DNA of 64,000 nucleotides from Gallionella sp. (GTDB lineage Bacteria; Pseudomonadota; Gammaproteobacteria; Burkholderiales; Gallionellaceae): NCBI GenBank assembly GCA_028687575.1, contig JAQTZW010000015.1, positions 106 to 64,105 of the forward strand, read 5' to 3'. Shown piece by piece: positions 52,270 to 61,034 of this stretch (position 1 is its first letter; each line of letters starts with the position of its first letter). The notes under the pieces were generated by a model. It saw only the letters and a program-made list of their open reading frames with translations, ran no database searches and was not told where the DNA came from. The position numbers and the translations under genes were made by a program.

Positions 52270-54684
52270 ATGATGTCCCCTTACCTCAGCAGCAAGAATT
52301 TCCCCTCTAGCTCCGATGCTGCCAACCAGCAGCTGGAAACCAAATTGACAGAAATCTTGCAGGACGATACCTGTAAAGACTGCTACACACTGCTGGCAAA
52401 ATATCAACGCATTCTGGCCGACAATCACCGCAAACTGGAGTGGCCCGCAATATACGAGAAACTGCACACGCTCTTCATGTGCGGTCGTGCAACCCCGCTG
52501 AACGGCCCGATGATAGGCATACCCGTGGGCATACGCGACAGTGACTTCTTCCGCCGGATCGCACAACAATTTGGTCACGAACGCTCCATCCTTGCCAGCG
52601 TGGAAGTGCTGGGAACCGCGTGGAATGCGACGTTTGCCGATACCGGCCTGTGGATGGGCAAAACCTTTGAACCGGTGTCGCGAGACAGTATCGGGGAAAT
52701 ATGCCACAACGATCCCGAAGTGATGGCCGCATTTGACGAGAAAATCACACGCATCGGCCGCAATTTTTTCCGCGAACCACCCGATCCGAACTTACTACAG
52801 GCACTAGGCATACCAGCCCTCACCCAGGCGTGGCACCTGAAAGACCGCCCTACTTCACCCGATGCCGACGGTTTCATCGGTACCTTGCAGCAGGAAAATC
52901 TGGATGCCGAGAAGGTGATTCCATATAGTAAGACTGGGGGATTCTTCCTGGCCGACATGGGCAAATCCGTCCTGCCGGAGCTACAAGGCAAGCAGGTCTT
53001 CGGCCTCAACTACCGCTGGACCGGTTTCCGTCCGGTTTTCCCGATGTCCTGTCTGGTGGATGAACTGGTGCAAATAGACGAAGGCATCTACCTGGGACAG
53101 CTCATCTATGCCACCCGCCATTTCAGCCTGGGTACACTCGACACGCCGTTCATACCGGGCAGCATCGGCATCCAGCTAGGTGAACCCTATGCGCCGCACA
53201 GTGACGACGAAGTCCCCGATTACGGCTACCAGAACAACGGCTACTTCCTGATGATGGATCCTGCCTACGCAAAACGCATCTATGCCGATTCAGCATTTCC
53301 ACAGCTGCGCCCCCGCGCCGGCGAGTATGGCTACCGGGAACTCGGTTACGATCAACTGAAATTCGCCAGAAAAGATTATTCGGCAACCCTGAATTGGGCC
53401 TCTGGCTGGTGTGAAAATGCGTCACTGAGACGAAAATTCACCACCCTGATTACCGGCCCATCACCACGCGGCGACGATGGCGATGTACATGAATTGCTGC
53501 AAGCAGGCGAATCCGTGCTGCAGATGCTGCAACGCCTCAGCGTCAACATTTCCGTACAAACCAATCTCGAAGACAACCTCAAGCACTTCGAGTCCTTGCA
53601 CAGGCTGTTCCGTTCCGGTGTCGCCCCGACAATCAAAAACGGCATGTTCCAAGGGGCCGGAGAAAAAGGGGGCAACATCCGCGTCGAGGGAGCGCAAGTG
53701 CGCGACTGGTATGGTGCAAAGGAAATCAGCCAGGGATTCGATTATTACCACGGCGCGAACCTGAATCTGCATTGCGGATTTACTGACAAATTCAAGCCTG
53801 ACAGATCAGCCTTCCCTGTTGACTTACAACTCCTACCCGGCCTGTTGGGCGAGGTAATGATTGGAGACGAACACACCCCCCCGAATCTGCTGAACATCAT
53901 CTGGCACAGCATCGGCAAATACCTTTTCCCTTGGGCCGGTAAATCCTTCGAGAAAATCTCGCCTCGCAAACTGAGCATGCTGCTGGACGAGAGCACCGAT
54001 CTGGCGGCGCGTTATCCGCAACGGGTAGATGAACTTAGAATGCACCCAGCCAGTGCGCCTCATTACCTTGCTGTGGAAAAGGCTGCACAAAATTTCTGGC
54101 CCAAGCCGGGGCTTTATGCCTCCCACCTCAGTCGTAGCTGGGATCAAGGCATGAGCGATGCAGACAAGGTGTTCTGGCAACAACAAGCCGACGAGCACTG
54201 GCTGATGGGCTACAACCTGCAGGACAAGCGTATCGTCGCCGCCGATGCCTTGATGAAACTTGCCGACATGAATTACCGCGTACCTGACCCAGTGCTTCAA
54301 CACGCCTCCGTGGCGAGCGGCTCACCCTTTGCCAGACAGGGCTATGCCTTTCTGGGTGCAGCTGGTCAGGAGTCCATCCTGACTCTCAACAACAGTCTGC
54401 CAGACAAAAAATCTTCTCCACAGAAAAAACGGGTATTCCAGTTTCACTACCGCTTCCCGTTAATCGGCGGCCCTGCCCCGATTGGACTTTGCCTGGACGA
54501 GTTGGTAGAAATAGCCGAAGGTTTGTTTCTTGGCCAGCTGATCTATTCCACCGCACTGCATTTGCCGTTCCAGTCCGGCGTTGACCCCAGAGATTATGAG
54601 TATCAGTTGTTCGGTTACTTCCTGTTGCTGGATGACGACTGGGAACGCCATAGACAGGCGATTGGCCTGGATACCATAAGGTAA
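52270..54684 (+). CDS. 804-aa hypothetical protein with an internally duplicated domain
   Basis: The two halves share LHxLF, WxGKxFE, (L/F)xYR, LxDELVxIxEGxxLGQLIY and GYFL motifs. No signal peptide. Confidence 0.85.
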   Translation: MMSPYLSSKNFPSSSDAANQQLETKLTEILQDDTCKDCYTLLAKYQRILADNHRKLEWPAIYEKLHTLFMCGRATPLNGPMIGIPVGIRDSDFFRRIAQQFGHERSILASVEVLGTAWNATFADTGLWMGKTFEPVSRDSIGEICHNDPEVMAAFDEKITRIGRNFFREPPDPNLLQALGIPALTQAWHLKDRPTSPDADGFIGTLQQENLDAEKVIPYSKTGGFFLADMGKSVLPELQGKQVFGLNYRWTGFRPVFPMSCLVDELVQIDEGIYLGQLIYATRHFSLGTLDTPFIPGSIGIQLGEPYAPHSDDEVPDYGYQNNGYFLMMDPAYAKRIYADSAFPQLRPRAGEYGYRELGYDQLKFARKDYSATLNWASGWCENASLRRKFTTLITGPSPRGDDGDVHELLQAGESVLQMLQRLSVNISVQTNLEDNLKHFESLHRLFRSGVAPTIKNGMFQGAGEKGGNIRVEGAQVRDWYGAKEISQGFDYYHGANLNLHCGFTDKFKPDRSAFPVDLQLLPGLLGEVMIGDEHTPPNLLNIIWHSIGKYLFPWAGKSFEKISPRKLSMLLDESTDLAARYPQRVDELRMHPASAPHYLAVEKAAQNFWPKPGLYASHLSRSWDQGMSDADKVFWQQQADEHWLMGYNLQDKRIVAADALMKLADMNYRVPDPVLQHASVASGSPFARQGYAFLGAAGQESILTLNNSLPDKKSSPQKKRVFQFHYRFPLIGGPAPIGLCLDELVEIAEGLFLGQLIYSTALHLPFQSGVDPRDYEYQLFGYFLLLDDDWERHRQAIGLDTIR

Positions 54685-54724
54685 ATGGAGTAGGGATTTT
54701 CAATCAGAATATGGGGAGAACATC

Positions 54725-55789
54725 ATGCACATAGACTTCCATCACGCCACCACCTATGTGGTCGCCCGCGATGCCGGCTTCACCCATGAAGAAGCGGACA
54801 TCATCGCCTATTCGGCTCAGTATGTGGACGATGCCACCAGCACTGGCACGATCAATTTCGACAATCGAGCTGTCTATAACCGCATCAGTTCGGCACACAA
54901 GATGCTAGATGCGCGCAACACCGAGGAACTCGCCAACCACTATGTCTGGTTGGCCTTTCACTTCCTGCCGGGCAACGGCGGATTGGCCGCTGGTGAAAAC
55001 CCGAACGGTAGTTTTATAGACAAGATCATCTGCACCCCCAACAGCCCGGTAGCCCAGGAAATGGTGCGCGATGCTATCCTTGAAAAAGATCGCGCCTATG
55101 CCTTGCACCGTCTGGGCGTGACCATGCACGTCTATGCAGATACCTGGGCACATCAGGGTTTCGCGGGTGTTTTGCACAATGTCAACGAAGTCGAGAACGC
55201 CAAGGAAACCAACAAATCCGGCATCTTTAAAAAATCGCTGAGCGGCATCCTGAGCAGCTTCCTGGAAGATGCGATTCCGCCGCTGGGACATGGTCGCGCA
55301 CTGACTTTCCCCGATGCACCGTTCCTGCAGTGGCAATATGAGAATGGCCGTGGTGCCTTGATAAAACGAGACAACCCAATGGACTTCATCGCCGCTGCTG
55401 ATCACATGTGTATCGCCATGCGGCGCTATCAACTCGGCAACCCGGATGCCCCAGTGAACGGCCTGAGTGCGACGACTCGCCAACAAATACTGGATATGTT
55501 CAACGGGACATTATTTGAAGATGGCGAAGAGCGCCATAAAGCATGGCTGAAGGCCATTCGCAAGGGACAATTCACGATATGCGGGAAAGTGGACATTGAT
55601 GATTACTTCCCGCGTGGCAACGATTCATGGAAAGCCGCTGCGCTGGGCACCAGCTTCGACATGCGGCTATATCCCTACAAGAATGAATTTCTGACCAGTC
55701 ACTGGAAACATTTTCACGATGCCATACAGGCACACCGTTTCAACGTGGTTTACAACATCCTGCCCAAATACGGCATTTGCGCCGCCTAG
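54725..55789 (+). CDS. Zn-dependent phospholipase C/P1-nuclease-fold-like protein (DUF6765-like)
   Basis: N-terminal HIDFH, AYSAQYVDD, FHFLPG, HVYADTWAHQGF His/Asp metal-ligand pattern. Confidence 0.7.
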   Translation: MHIDFHHATTYVVARDAGFTHEEADIIAYSAQYVDDATSTGTINFDNRAVYNRISSAHKMLDARNTEELANHYVWLAFHFLPGNGGLAAGENPNGSFIDKIICTPNSPVAQEMVRDAILEKDRAYALHRLGVTMHVYADTWAHQGFAGVLHNVNEVENAKETNKSGIFKKSLSGILSSFLEDAIPPLGHGRALTFPDAPFLQWQYENGRGALIKRDNPMDFIAAADHMCIAMRRYQLGNPDAPVNGLSATTRQQILDMFNGTLFEDGEERHKAWLKAIRKGQFTICGKVDIDDYFPRGNDSWKAAALGTSFDMRLYPYKNEFLTSHWKHFHDAIQAHRFNVVYNILPKYGICAA

Positions 55790-55830
55790 CAAACACGAGC
55801 GGTGCCGTTCGACCGGCACCGCTCCCCGAA

Positions 55831-56754
55831 TTAGCTGCTCTCATTGATCCGCTGCACACAACTATCCAGTTGCTGCGGCGACATGAATCCACAGTTAAGC
55901 GGTGTCGGCGACATGCCGAGTTGACTAGGCTTGTCCTGCCAGAGCGGATTGTAAGGGAGTAGCGTGACATCAGAGATACCATTGTCATGCAGGAAGCGGG
56001 CAATCGCATCTAGGTTTTCTGCCGTGGCGGTAATGCTTGGCACCAGCGGAACCCGCACCGTCAACGGGATGGTCGCCACGTGCGCCAAGCGGGTCAGATT
56101 TTCCAGAATCGGGCGGTTGGACTGACCGGTCAAACGCAGATGTTCGCCCTCATCCATGACTTTCAGGTCGAAATAAATCCTGCTCAAATGAGGCAACACT
56201 TGTTTTGCAAAGCTGGCGTAATTGAAAAAACCACATGTCTCGATCGCGGTGTCCACGCCCTGCCGTCGCAACTGTTTTAGAAATTCGCCAACAAAATGCA
56301 TCTGCATAGTCGGTTCTCCGCCAGAAACCGTTACCCCGCCACCAGTCGATTCGAAAAATTTCCTGTCTATCAAAACTTTATATAGCAATTCGTCAAGCGA
56401 TAGCCAGTATCCAACCGGCCTGATCGCAGCGTTTACGCAATGCTGAAAACAATGGTCACAGCGATCACACAACTGATGTCTTACCGTCAGATAATCGCCA
56501 GCAAGCATCAGACAACTCGTCGGGCAGACACCGGCACACGGGCCAGCCACATCAGTCTTGCACAGCGAAGGATCGCAAAGCTCACGACGAAAAGCGATGC
56601 CGGGGCGCGCCGTCTGTCCCTCCGGATTCTGGCACCACACACAGCGCAGTGGACAACCCTTAAAGAACACAGTGGTACGGATACCTGGCCCATCCTCGCT
56701 GCAATCTCGCTTGATGTCGAATACCAGCCCACGCGGGAGTAATGTCTCGCTCAT
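55831..56754 (-). CDS. Glycyl-radical enzyme activase (radical SAM with ferredoxin-like insert)
   Basis: EDGPGIRTTVFFKGCPLRCVWCQNPE, a Cys-rich insert (C..C...C...C; CDRCDHC...C), GGVTVSGGEP. Confidence 0.96.
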   Translation of the reverse strand: MSETLLPRGLVFDIKRDCSEDGPGIRTTVFFKGCPLRCVWCQNPEGQTARPGIAFRRELCDPSLCKTDVAGPCAGVCPTSCLMLAGDYLTVRHQLCDRCDHCFQHCVNAAIRPVGYWLSLDELLYKVLIDRKFFESTGGGVTVSGGEPTMQMHFVGEFLKQLRRQGVDTAIETCGFFNYASFAKQVLPHLSRIYFDLKVMDEGEHLRLTGQSNRPILENLTRLAHVATIPLTVRVPLVPSITATAENLDAIARFLHDNGISDVTLLPYNPLWQDKPSQLGMSPTPLNCGFMSPQQLDSCVQRINESS

Positions 56755-57380
56755 CGCAACCCACCTACCAGTCGCTGCACCTCGGAACCGATTGCCCCCA
56801 GTTTGAAGAGATGCCCGACATTGCCGGTAAGCTGCACCAGATTCTTCAGTAACAGACCGACAATATCCACATCCGGCTGGCCGATCAGCCCGAGGATGGT
56901 GCGGGCATCCCTGAAACGTATCACCAGATCCACATGCCGCTCCATTTGCTCGGCCTCCGCCTCATCCATCGTGCGACTGCGCACGACCTCAAAAGGCAAC
57001 AGCGCCTGCCCCCAAGGCATGGTGCAATACAACTTGTCAGGCTCCGGACAAAATTCCACCAGCACATTCATGTTATCCCCTGCCTGACGGGTACGGATCA
57101 GGAATCGCCCCTGATAGTAGCGCTTTCCCCCCGCCACCATAGGGTCGGTGATTTCGAAATTATCGGCGAAGAACTCTCTGGCGCGGTGCGAATGCGCTTC
57201 GTCCAGCAACCCTTCGCGCAAAATCAGGCTAAAGCCCAAGCGCACAGCCATCGCCATCCCTTCGGCCAGTAAATGTCCACCTGACTGGGAAAGCAATCCC
57301 TTGAGTTCGTCATCATCCTGCATACCCAGATTGAAGGTGCGCATCAACCCCGACGGGATTTGTGGAAAACCTGCATGCAT
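56751..57380 (-). CDS. Hypothetical protein with SCP2-like C-terminal region
   Basis: GGAG RBS before ATG 57380 (ORF is open to 57434); coupled to the activase. VDLVIRFRD...DIVGLLLKNLVQLTGNVGHLFKLG resembles the SCP2 C-terminus. Confidence 0.6.
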   Translation of the reverse strand: MHAGFPQIPSGLMRTFNLGMQDDDELKGLLSQSGGHLLAEGMAMAVRLGFSLILREGLLDEAHSHRAREFFADNFEITDPMVAGGKRYYQGRFLIRTRQAGDNMNVLVEFCPEPDKLYCTMPWGQALLPFEVVRSRTMDEAEAEQMERHVDLVIRFRDARTILGLIGQPDVDIVGLLLKNLVQLTGNVGHLFKLGAIGSEVQRLVGGLR

Positions 57381-57399
57381 GCTCGACTCCCGAAAACGG

Positions 57400-60342
57400 T
57401 TATACGGTATAAAGGGCGTGCTGTTCCACGCCATCCTTCAGTGCAAAATTAGCGCGATCAATAATCTCGCGGCGCATCTGCGGACTCAATGTAACGAAGT
57501 AAGCGGAATAGCCGGCCACCCGTATCATCAAGTCCTTGAAAGGCGTCAAAGACGCCTGCTCGGCCTCACCGGCTCCCGGTTGCATGGCCGCCGTGGCAGC
57601 CTTGTCTGCCGCCACCAGATCAGCGATGGACGATACGCACATCTGCACCAGCACACCGTTGTTCTCGGCAAAGGTTTTCATGTAGCGGGCGAACAACTCG
57701 GTATCGGCCTCGCGCTGTTCGACGCCACGCGTGGTCAGACTCAGGTTGTAGGTATAGCCATTCTTGACGGCATCGCTGTCCACGGCGGCGACCGACAGGA
57801 TGTGATCCAGCGCCATCACCGGCGAACCGTCGCGCTTGACGATGCCGGGGCAAGGCGTGATGCCGGAGGCGAATGCCCGCCCGGCCTGACGGGCATTCGG
57901 CGTTGCCTGGGTCAGCATGCCGAATCCGGCATGGTTGGTCATGGACCAGTAACCCGAAAGGTAGCGTCCACCGCGATGGGTGCGATACTGGTAGAACACC
58001 TCGTGGATCATGCGAGTCAGCAGCTTGGTGTATTTGACCGCCAGACTGTTGTCGAAAACACCGTCATTGGCGACCCCCGCCCCGTAATGCGCGGTACGCG
58101 CGATGGCGGCACGAATCTCGCGCAGACGGGCCGTGCTCAACACCGGCAATTCTTCGGCATCATCCGGATGCAACCAGTAATGTGCTTTTTTCAGAAAATC
58201 CTGCCAGACATTGCCCTCGGCAACCTGCTTGGCAGGATCGAAATCGGCGTGCATTGCGGCCAGCAACTCCGACGCACTGACTTTACCGCCGAACACTAGT
58301 TCATCGAGAATGCAGAAACTGTCTATCACATCGGCCAGACCGATGATGGCCACCCCGGAAGAGTTGTATTTTGCCCCGCCCGCTGCCACATCCCGGAACT
58401 TCGCGCCACGCCCCCCCGGCAGATTGGTCGGCCCGGTGAACAGCCCAGACAGAAAGGGTGAAGCACGGTCACGCGCCATGAAACGCCCAAGATAATTGTT
58501 GTTCTGCACCGCATGGCGCGCCATTTGATCGAGTTGCAAGCGAAATGCCGTGATGAACTCATCCATATCCTTCATCTGCACCAGCGGCGCAGTGGTATAT
58601 GCCGGCTGATCGTTGAATAAATTGGGTGATTTGGCCCCCGTCCCGTCGGAACGGTGCTTGCCGCCGAATAATGCCAGTTCCAGCACCGCTGGCAGCACGA
58701 ACAATGTCGAGCCCGAGTTGCCGTAATGCTTGCCGGGCGCATTCTGCTCGATGCAGCCAATCGAAGCGTAATCGCAGGCATCAGCCATCGCTTCTTCACT
58801 GCTGATGCCTGCGTGCTCAGCATAGTAGGCCGCCATGCTGCGGATCACCGGCATGTCACCGTGCAGCGCGGGGGTGGCGCGGGTCTGGATGTTCACCTGG
58901 CAGACGCGCTTCAGGTATGGATCCATCACCTCGGCAGGCAAGGGTTGGCCTTGCGCGTCACGATGGTGTACCTCGGCATGATAGCGGGCATGGACGTTCG
59001 GATCGCGGATACTGAGCAACTCTGTGGCCTTGAGGATGATGTAGGTCATGTCGTTGACCGCATCCACCACCTGCCCGTTTTCGTACCGGGTGCCGCCCAC
59101 CGTCAGCGCCTGATTCGATCCGCTACCGGCGAACAACGTCTCCGAACCGCTCGTTGACAGCGGCACATGGTCGGAACAGCGCAGAAAGAAGTGGCAAACC
59201 AATTCAACAGCGTGCTTTACATAGGCATCGCGCGCCGCATCATCGACCTGCGCCTGCCATTCCTTCAGGTAATAAGGATTGAGCAACTGATCCATACGCC
59301 CCAACGACAGGCCGAAATTGGTATTTTCCTGCAATAGCAGGTGATAGCAGATCCAGATTGCCGCCAGTGCCTCCTGTAAAGTCTCGGCGGGCTGGGCGGG
59401 GACATTTCTGCATATCGCTGCCAGTTTCGCGTTACCTGCCTGTTCGGCGGCCTCTGCCAAATGCCGGGCATACAAAATCGCCCCATCAAAAACTTCAACC
59501 ACACCTTCCAGGAACTGCCGCTGCTGCGGCGTGGCGGCTGCGCCAGATGTCAGGTCGCTGCGCATTTGCGCGCTGAGCGCATCCAGCCCAAACTTCAACA
59601 ATCTATCCCAGTCAGGAACGGTGTGTGAAACACAGGTGGATTTATCGGACAGATAAAACGCCACACGCTCCATCAACTCCTGGCATTTCGGCGTCTCACC
59701 CGCCTGTTTGCGTAGCGGCGGATCAATCGAAAGACCGTGCACGGTATCAAGACTCGAAAACTCACCGGTGTCGTAGGCCGCCGCACGCGCTGCTTCCGGC
59801 ACAGGAAGCTGTTTATCCAGCCAAAACGGGAAGATTTCCTTGTTTAGCCGTTCGGCCACTTCGGGTTTGATTGCAAAAGGGTTCTGTGAGCGAGTAGTGA
59901 CGGATTTCAGTTCCGGCCAGATGCAGTAACCGATGGTGTCCATGTAGACCACCGGGCCGACGAAGCTGGTAGTGGTTTCACCGGGCATCAGGTCGGTATC
60001 GCGCACCAAAGGTGTTTTGTGTCCAAATACATGGCGTATCGCCTTGGCACGACGCACGGCAGGCGGTAATTTCTGCGCCTCGGGTGTGCGCAGATACTCG
60101 GTCATTAAACGCGGCAATTCATCACAAATCTCGGGAATAAAAGCGGGATCGAACAATTTCTGCCGCCATGCCTTCACCACAGGAAAATCCTCCAGAACCA
60201 GACTGCTTAAAGCTAAATCCTTGATTGACAGAACTCTACCGAAATCGGCATTGGGGATAGGATATAGGCCGGTCGTGGCTGGCGTAGTGCCGCCGCCCTG
60301 CAGATTGACCCGGATGGCTGCGGTATGGCTAAACTTATTCAT
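57400..60342 (-). CDS. Glycyl radical enzyme of unassigned class (not PFL)
   Basis: RVAGYSAYF glycyl loop; a single Cys in SIGCIEQ; LGRMDQ, AVNDMTY, ATPNAR; about 980 aa from ATG 60342. Confidence 0.95.
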   Translation of the reverse strand: MNKFSHTAAIRVNLQGGGTTPATTGLYPIPNADFGRVLSIKDLALSSLVLEDFPVVKAWRQKLFDPAFIPEICDELPRLMTEYLRTPEAQKLPPAVRRAKAIRHVFGHKTPLVRDTDLMPGETTTSFVGPVVYMDTIGYCIWPELKSVTTRSQNPFAIKPEVAERLNKEIFPFWLDKQLPVPEAARAAAYDTGEFSSLDTVHGLSIDPPLRKQAGETPKCQELMERVAFYLSDKSTCVSHTVPDWDRLLKFGLDALSAQMRSDLTSGAAATPQQRQFLEGVVEVFDGAILYARHLAEAAEQAGNAKLAAICRNVPAQPAETLQEALAAIWICYHLLLQENTNFGLSLGRMDQLLNPYYLKEWQAQVDDAARDAYVKHAVELVCHFFLRCSDHVPLSTSGSETLFAGSGSNQALTVGGTRYENGQVVDAVNDMTYIILKATELLSIRDPNVHARYHAEVHHRDAQGQPLPAEVMDPYLKRVCQVNIQTRATPALHGDMPVIRSMAAYYAEHAGISSEEAMADACDYASIGCIEQNAPGKHYGNSGSTLFVLPAVLELALFGGKHRSDGTGAKSPNLFNDQPAYTTAPLVQMKDMDEFITAFRLQLDQMARHAVQNNNYLGRFMARDRASPFLSGLFTGPTNLPGGRGAKFRDVAAGGAKYNSSGVAIIGLADVIDSFCILDELVFGGKVSASELLAAMHADFDPAKQVAEGNVWQDFLKKAHYWLHPDDAEELPVLSTARLREIRAAIARTAHYGAGVANDGVFDNSLAVKYTKLLTRMIHEVFYQYRTHRGGRYLSGYWSMTNHAGFGMLTQATPNARQAGRAFASGITPCPGIVKRDGSPVMALDHILSVAAVDSDAVKNGYTYNLSLTTRGVEQREADTELFARYMKTFAENNGVLVQMCVSSIADLVAADKAATAAMQPGAGEAEQASLTPFKDLMIRVAGYSAYFVTLSPQMRREIIDRANFALKDGVEQHALYTV

Positions 60343-60440
60343 GCTGGTGTCCCCTTGCAGAGCGAGTACATTGCAACTCAAAGCCACCAGAATCCCAAGC
60401 TGGCAACTGGGGCAAACGCTACGCCGCCCATTAGTCATAA

Positions 60441-60453
60441 TCAATATGCCGAA
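60441..60453 (-). promoter_or_regulatory. 13-bp motif TTCGGCATATTGA, right copy; overlaps a possible -35 box / FNR half-site
   Basis: The minus strand continues TTGATT-N17-TAGCGT toward the GRE gene. Confidence 0.55.
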
Positions 60454-60533
60454 TTATCTAGACAGCTGGCACAAACACGATTTATCAGACAGAGAAATGC
60501 AGAAAGTCATGTGCTTGTGCTACCCTGCGCGCC

Positions 60534-61001
60534 ATGAAAAACATCAGCCATCACCTCGCCGCTTTATCCCTTACTGCCTGGGTCGGTAGCCTGTGGGCTA
60601 TCGGTTATCTGGCCGTGCCAGTGCTGTTCCATGCCCAGCCCGACAAACAATTGGCCGGCATGTTGGCGGGACAGATGTTCTCTTCGGCGGGCTATCTGGG
60701 GCTGGCTTGCGGCCTGTATCTGCTCTGGTATCATTTTGACCGAAAGTGCGAATCTGCTGTCTGCCGCAAACTGCTAGTGGTAATCGCCGCCATGCTGGCA
60801 ATCACCTTGGTCATTCAACTCGGATTACAGCCGGCGATGGCCGACCTCAAGGCGCAAGCCCTGCCACTGGATATCACACAAAGCAATTTTTATGGAAGAT
60901 TCAAGATGTTGCACGGCATCTCCAGCATCCTCTACCTGATTGAAAGCCTGCTTGGTGGATTCCTCGTCATTCAGCGCGCCGGCAAGCGGGCGGTAAGTTA
61001 A
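60534..61001 (+). CDS. DUF4149-family membrane protein
   Basis: WVGSLWAIGYLAVPVLF, AGMLAGQMF, FKMLHGISSILY. Confidence 0.85.
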   Translation: MKNISHHLAALSLTAWVGSLWAIGYLAVPVLFHAQPDKQLAGMLAGQMFSSAGYLGLACGLYLLWYHFDRKCESAVCRKLLVVIAAMLAITLVIQLGLQPAMADLKAQALPLDITQSNFYGRFKMLHGISSILYLIESLLGGFLVIQRAGKRAVS

Positions 61002-61034
61002 AAACCGCACGCTGACAGATTTATCACTGCGGCT

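Noticed and set aside
57400-60342. Annotation as pyruvate formate-lyase or benzylsuccinate synthase
   Set aside because: It lacks the PFL Cys-Cys pair, and there are no small beta/gamma subunit genes or BSS-type Cys loop.
60375-60400. Sigma-54 promoter for the GRE operon (TGGC...TTGC on the minus strand)
   Set aside because: GG-to-GC spacing is 9 nt rather than the required 10.
52090-60453. The GRE islet as a transposon with terminal inverted repeats
   Set aside because: No transposase, integrase or target-site duplication is visible. Kept only as a shared motif.
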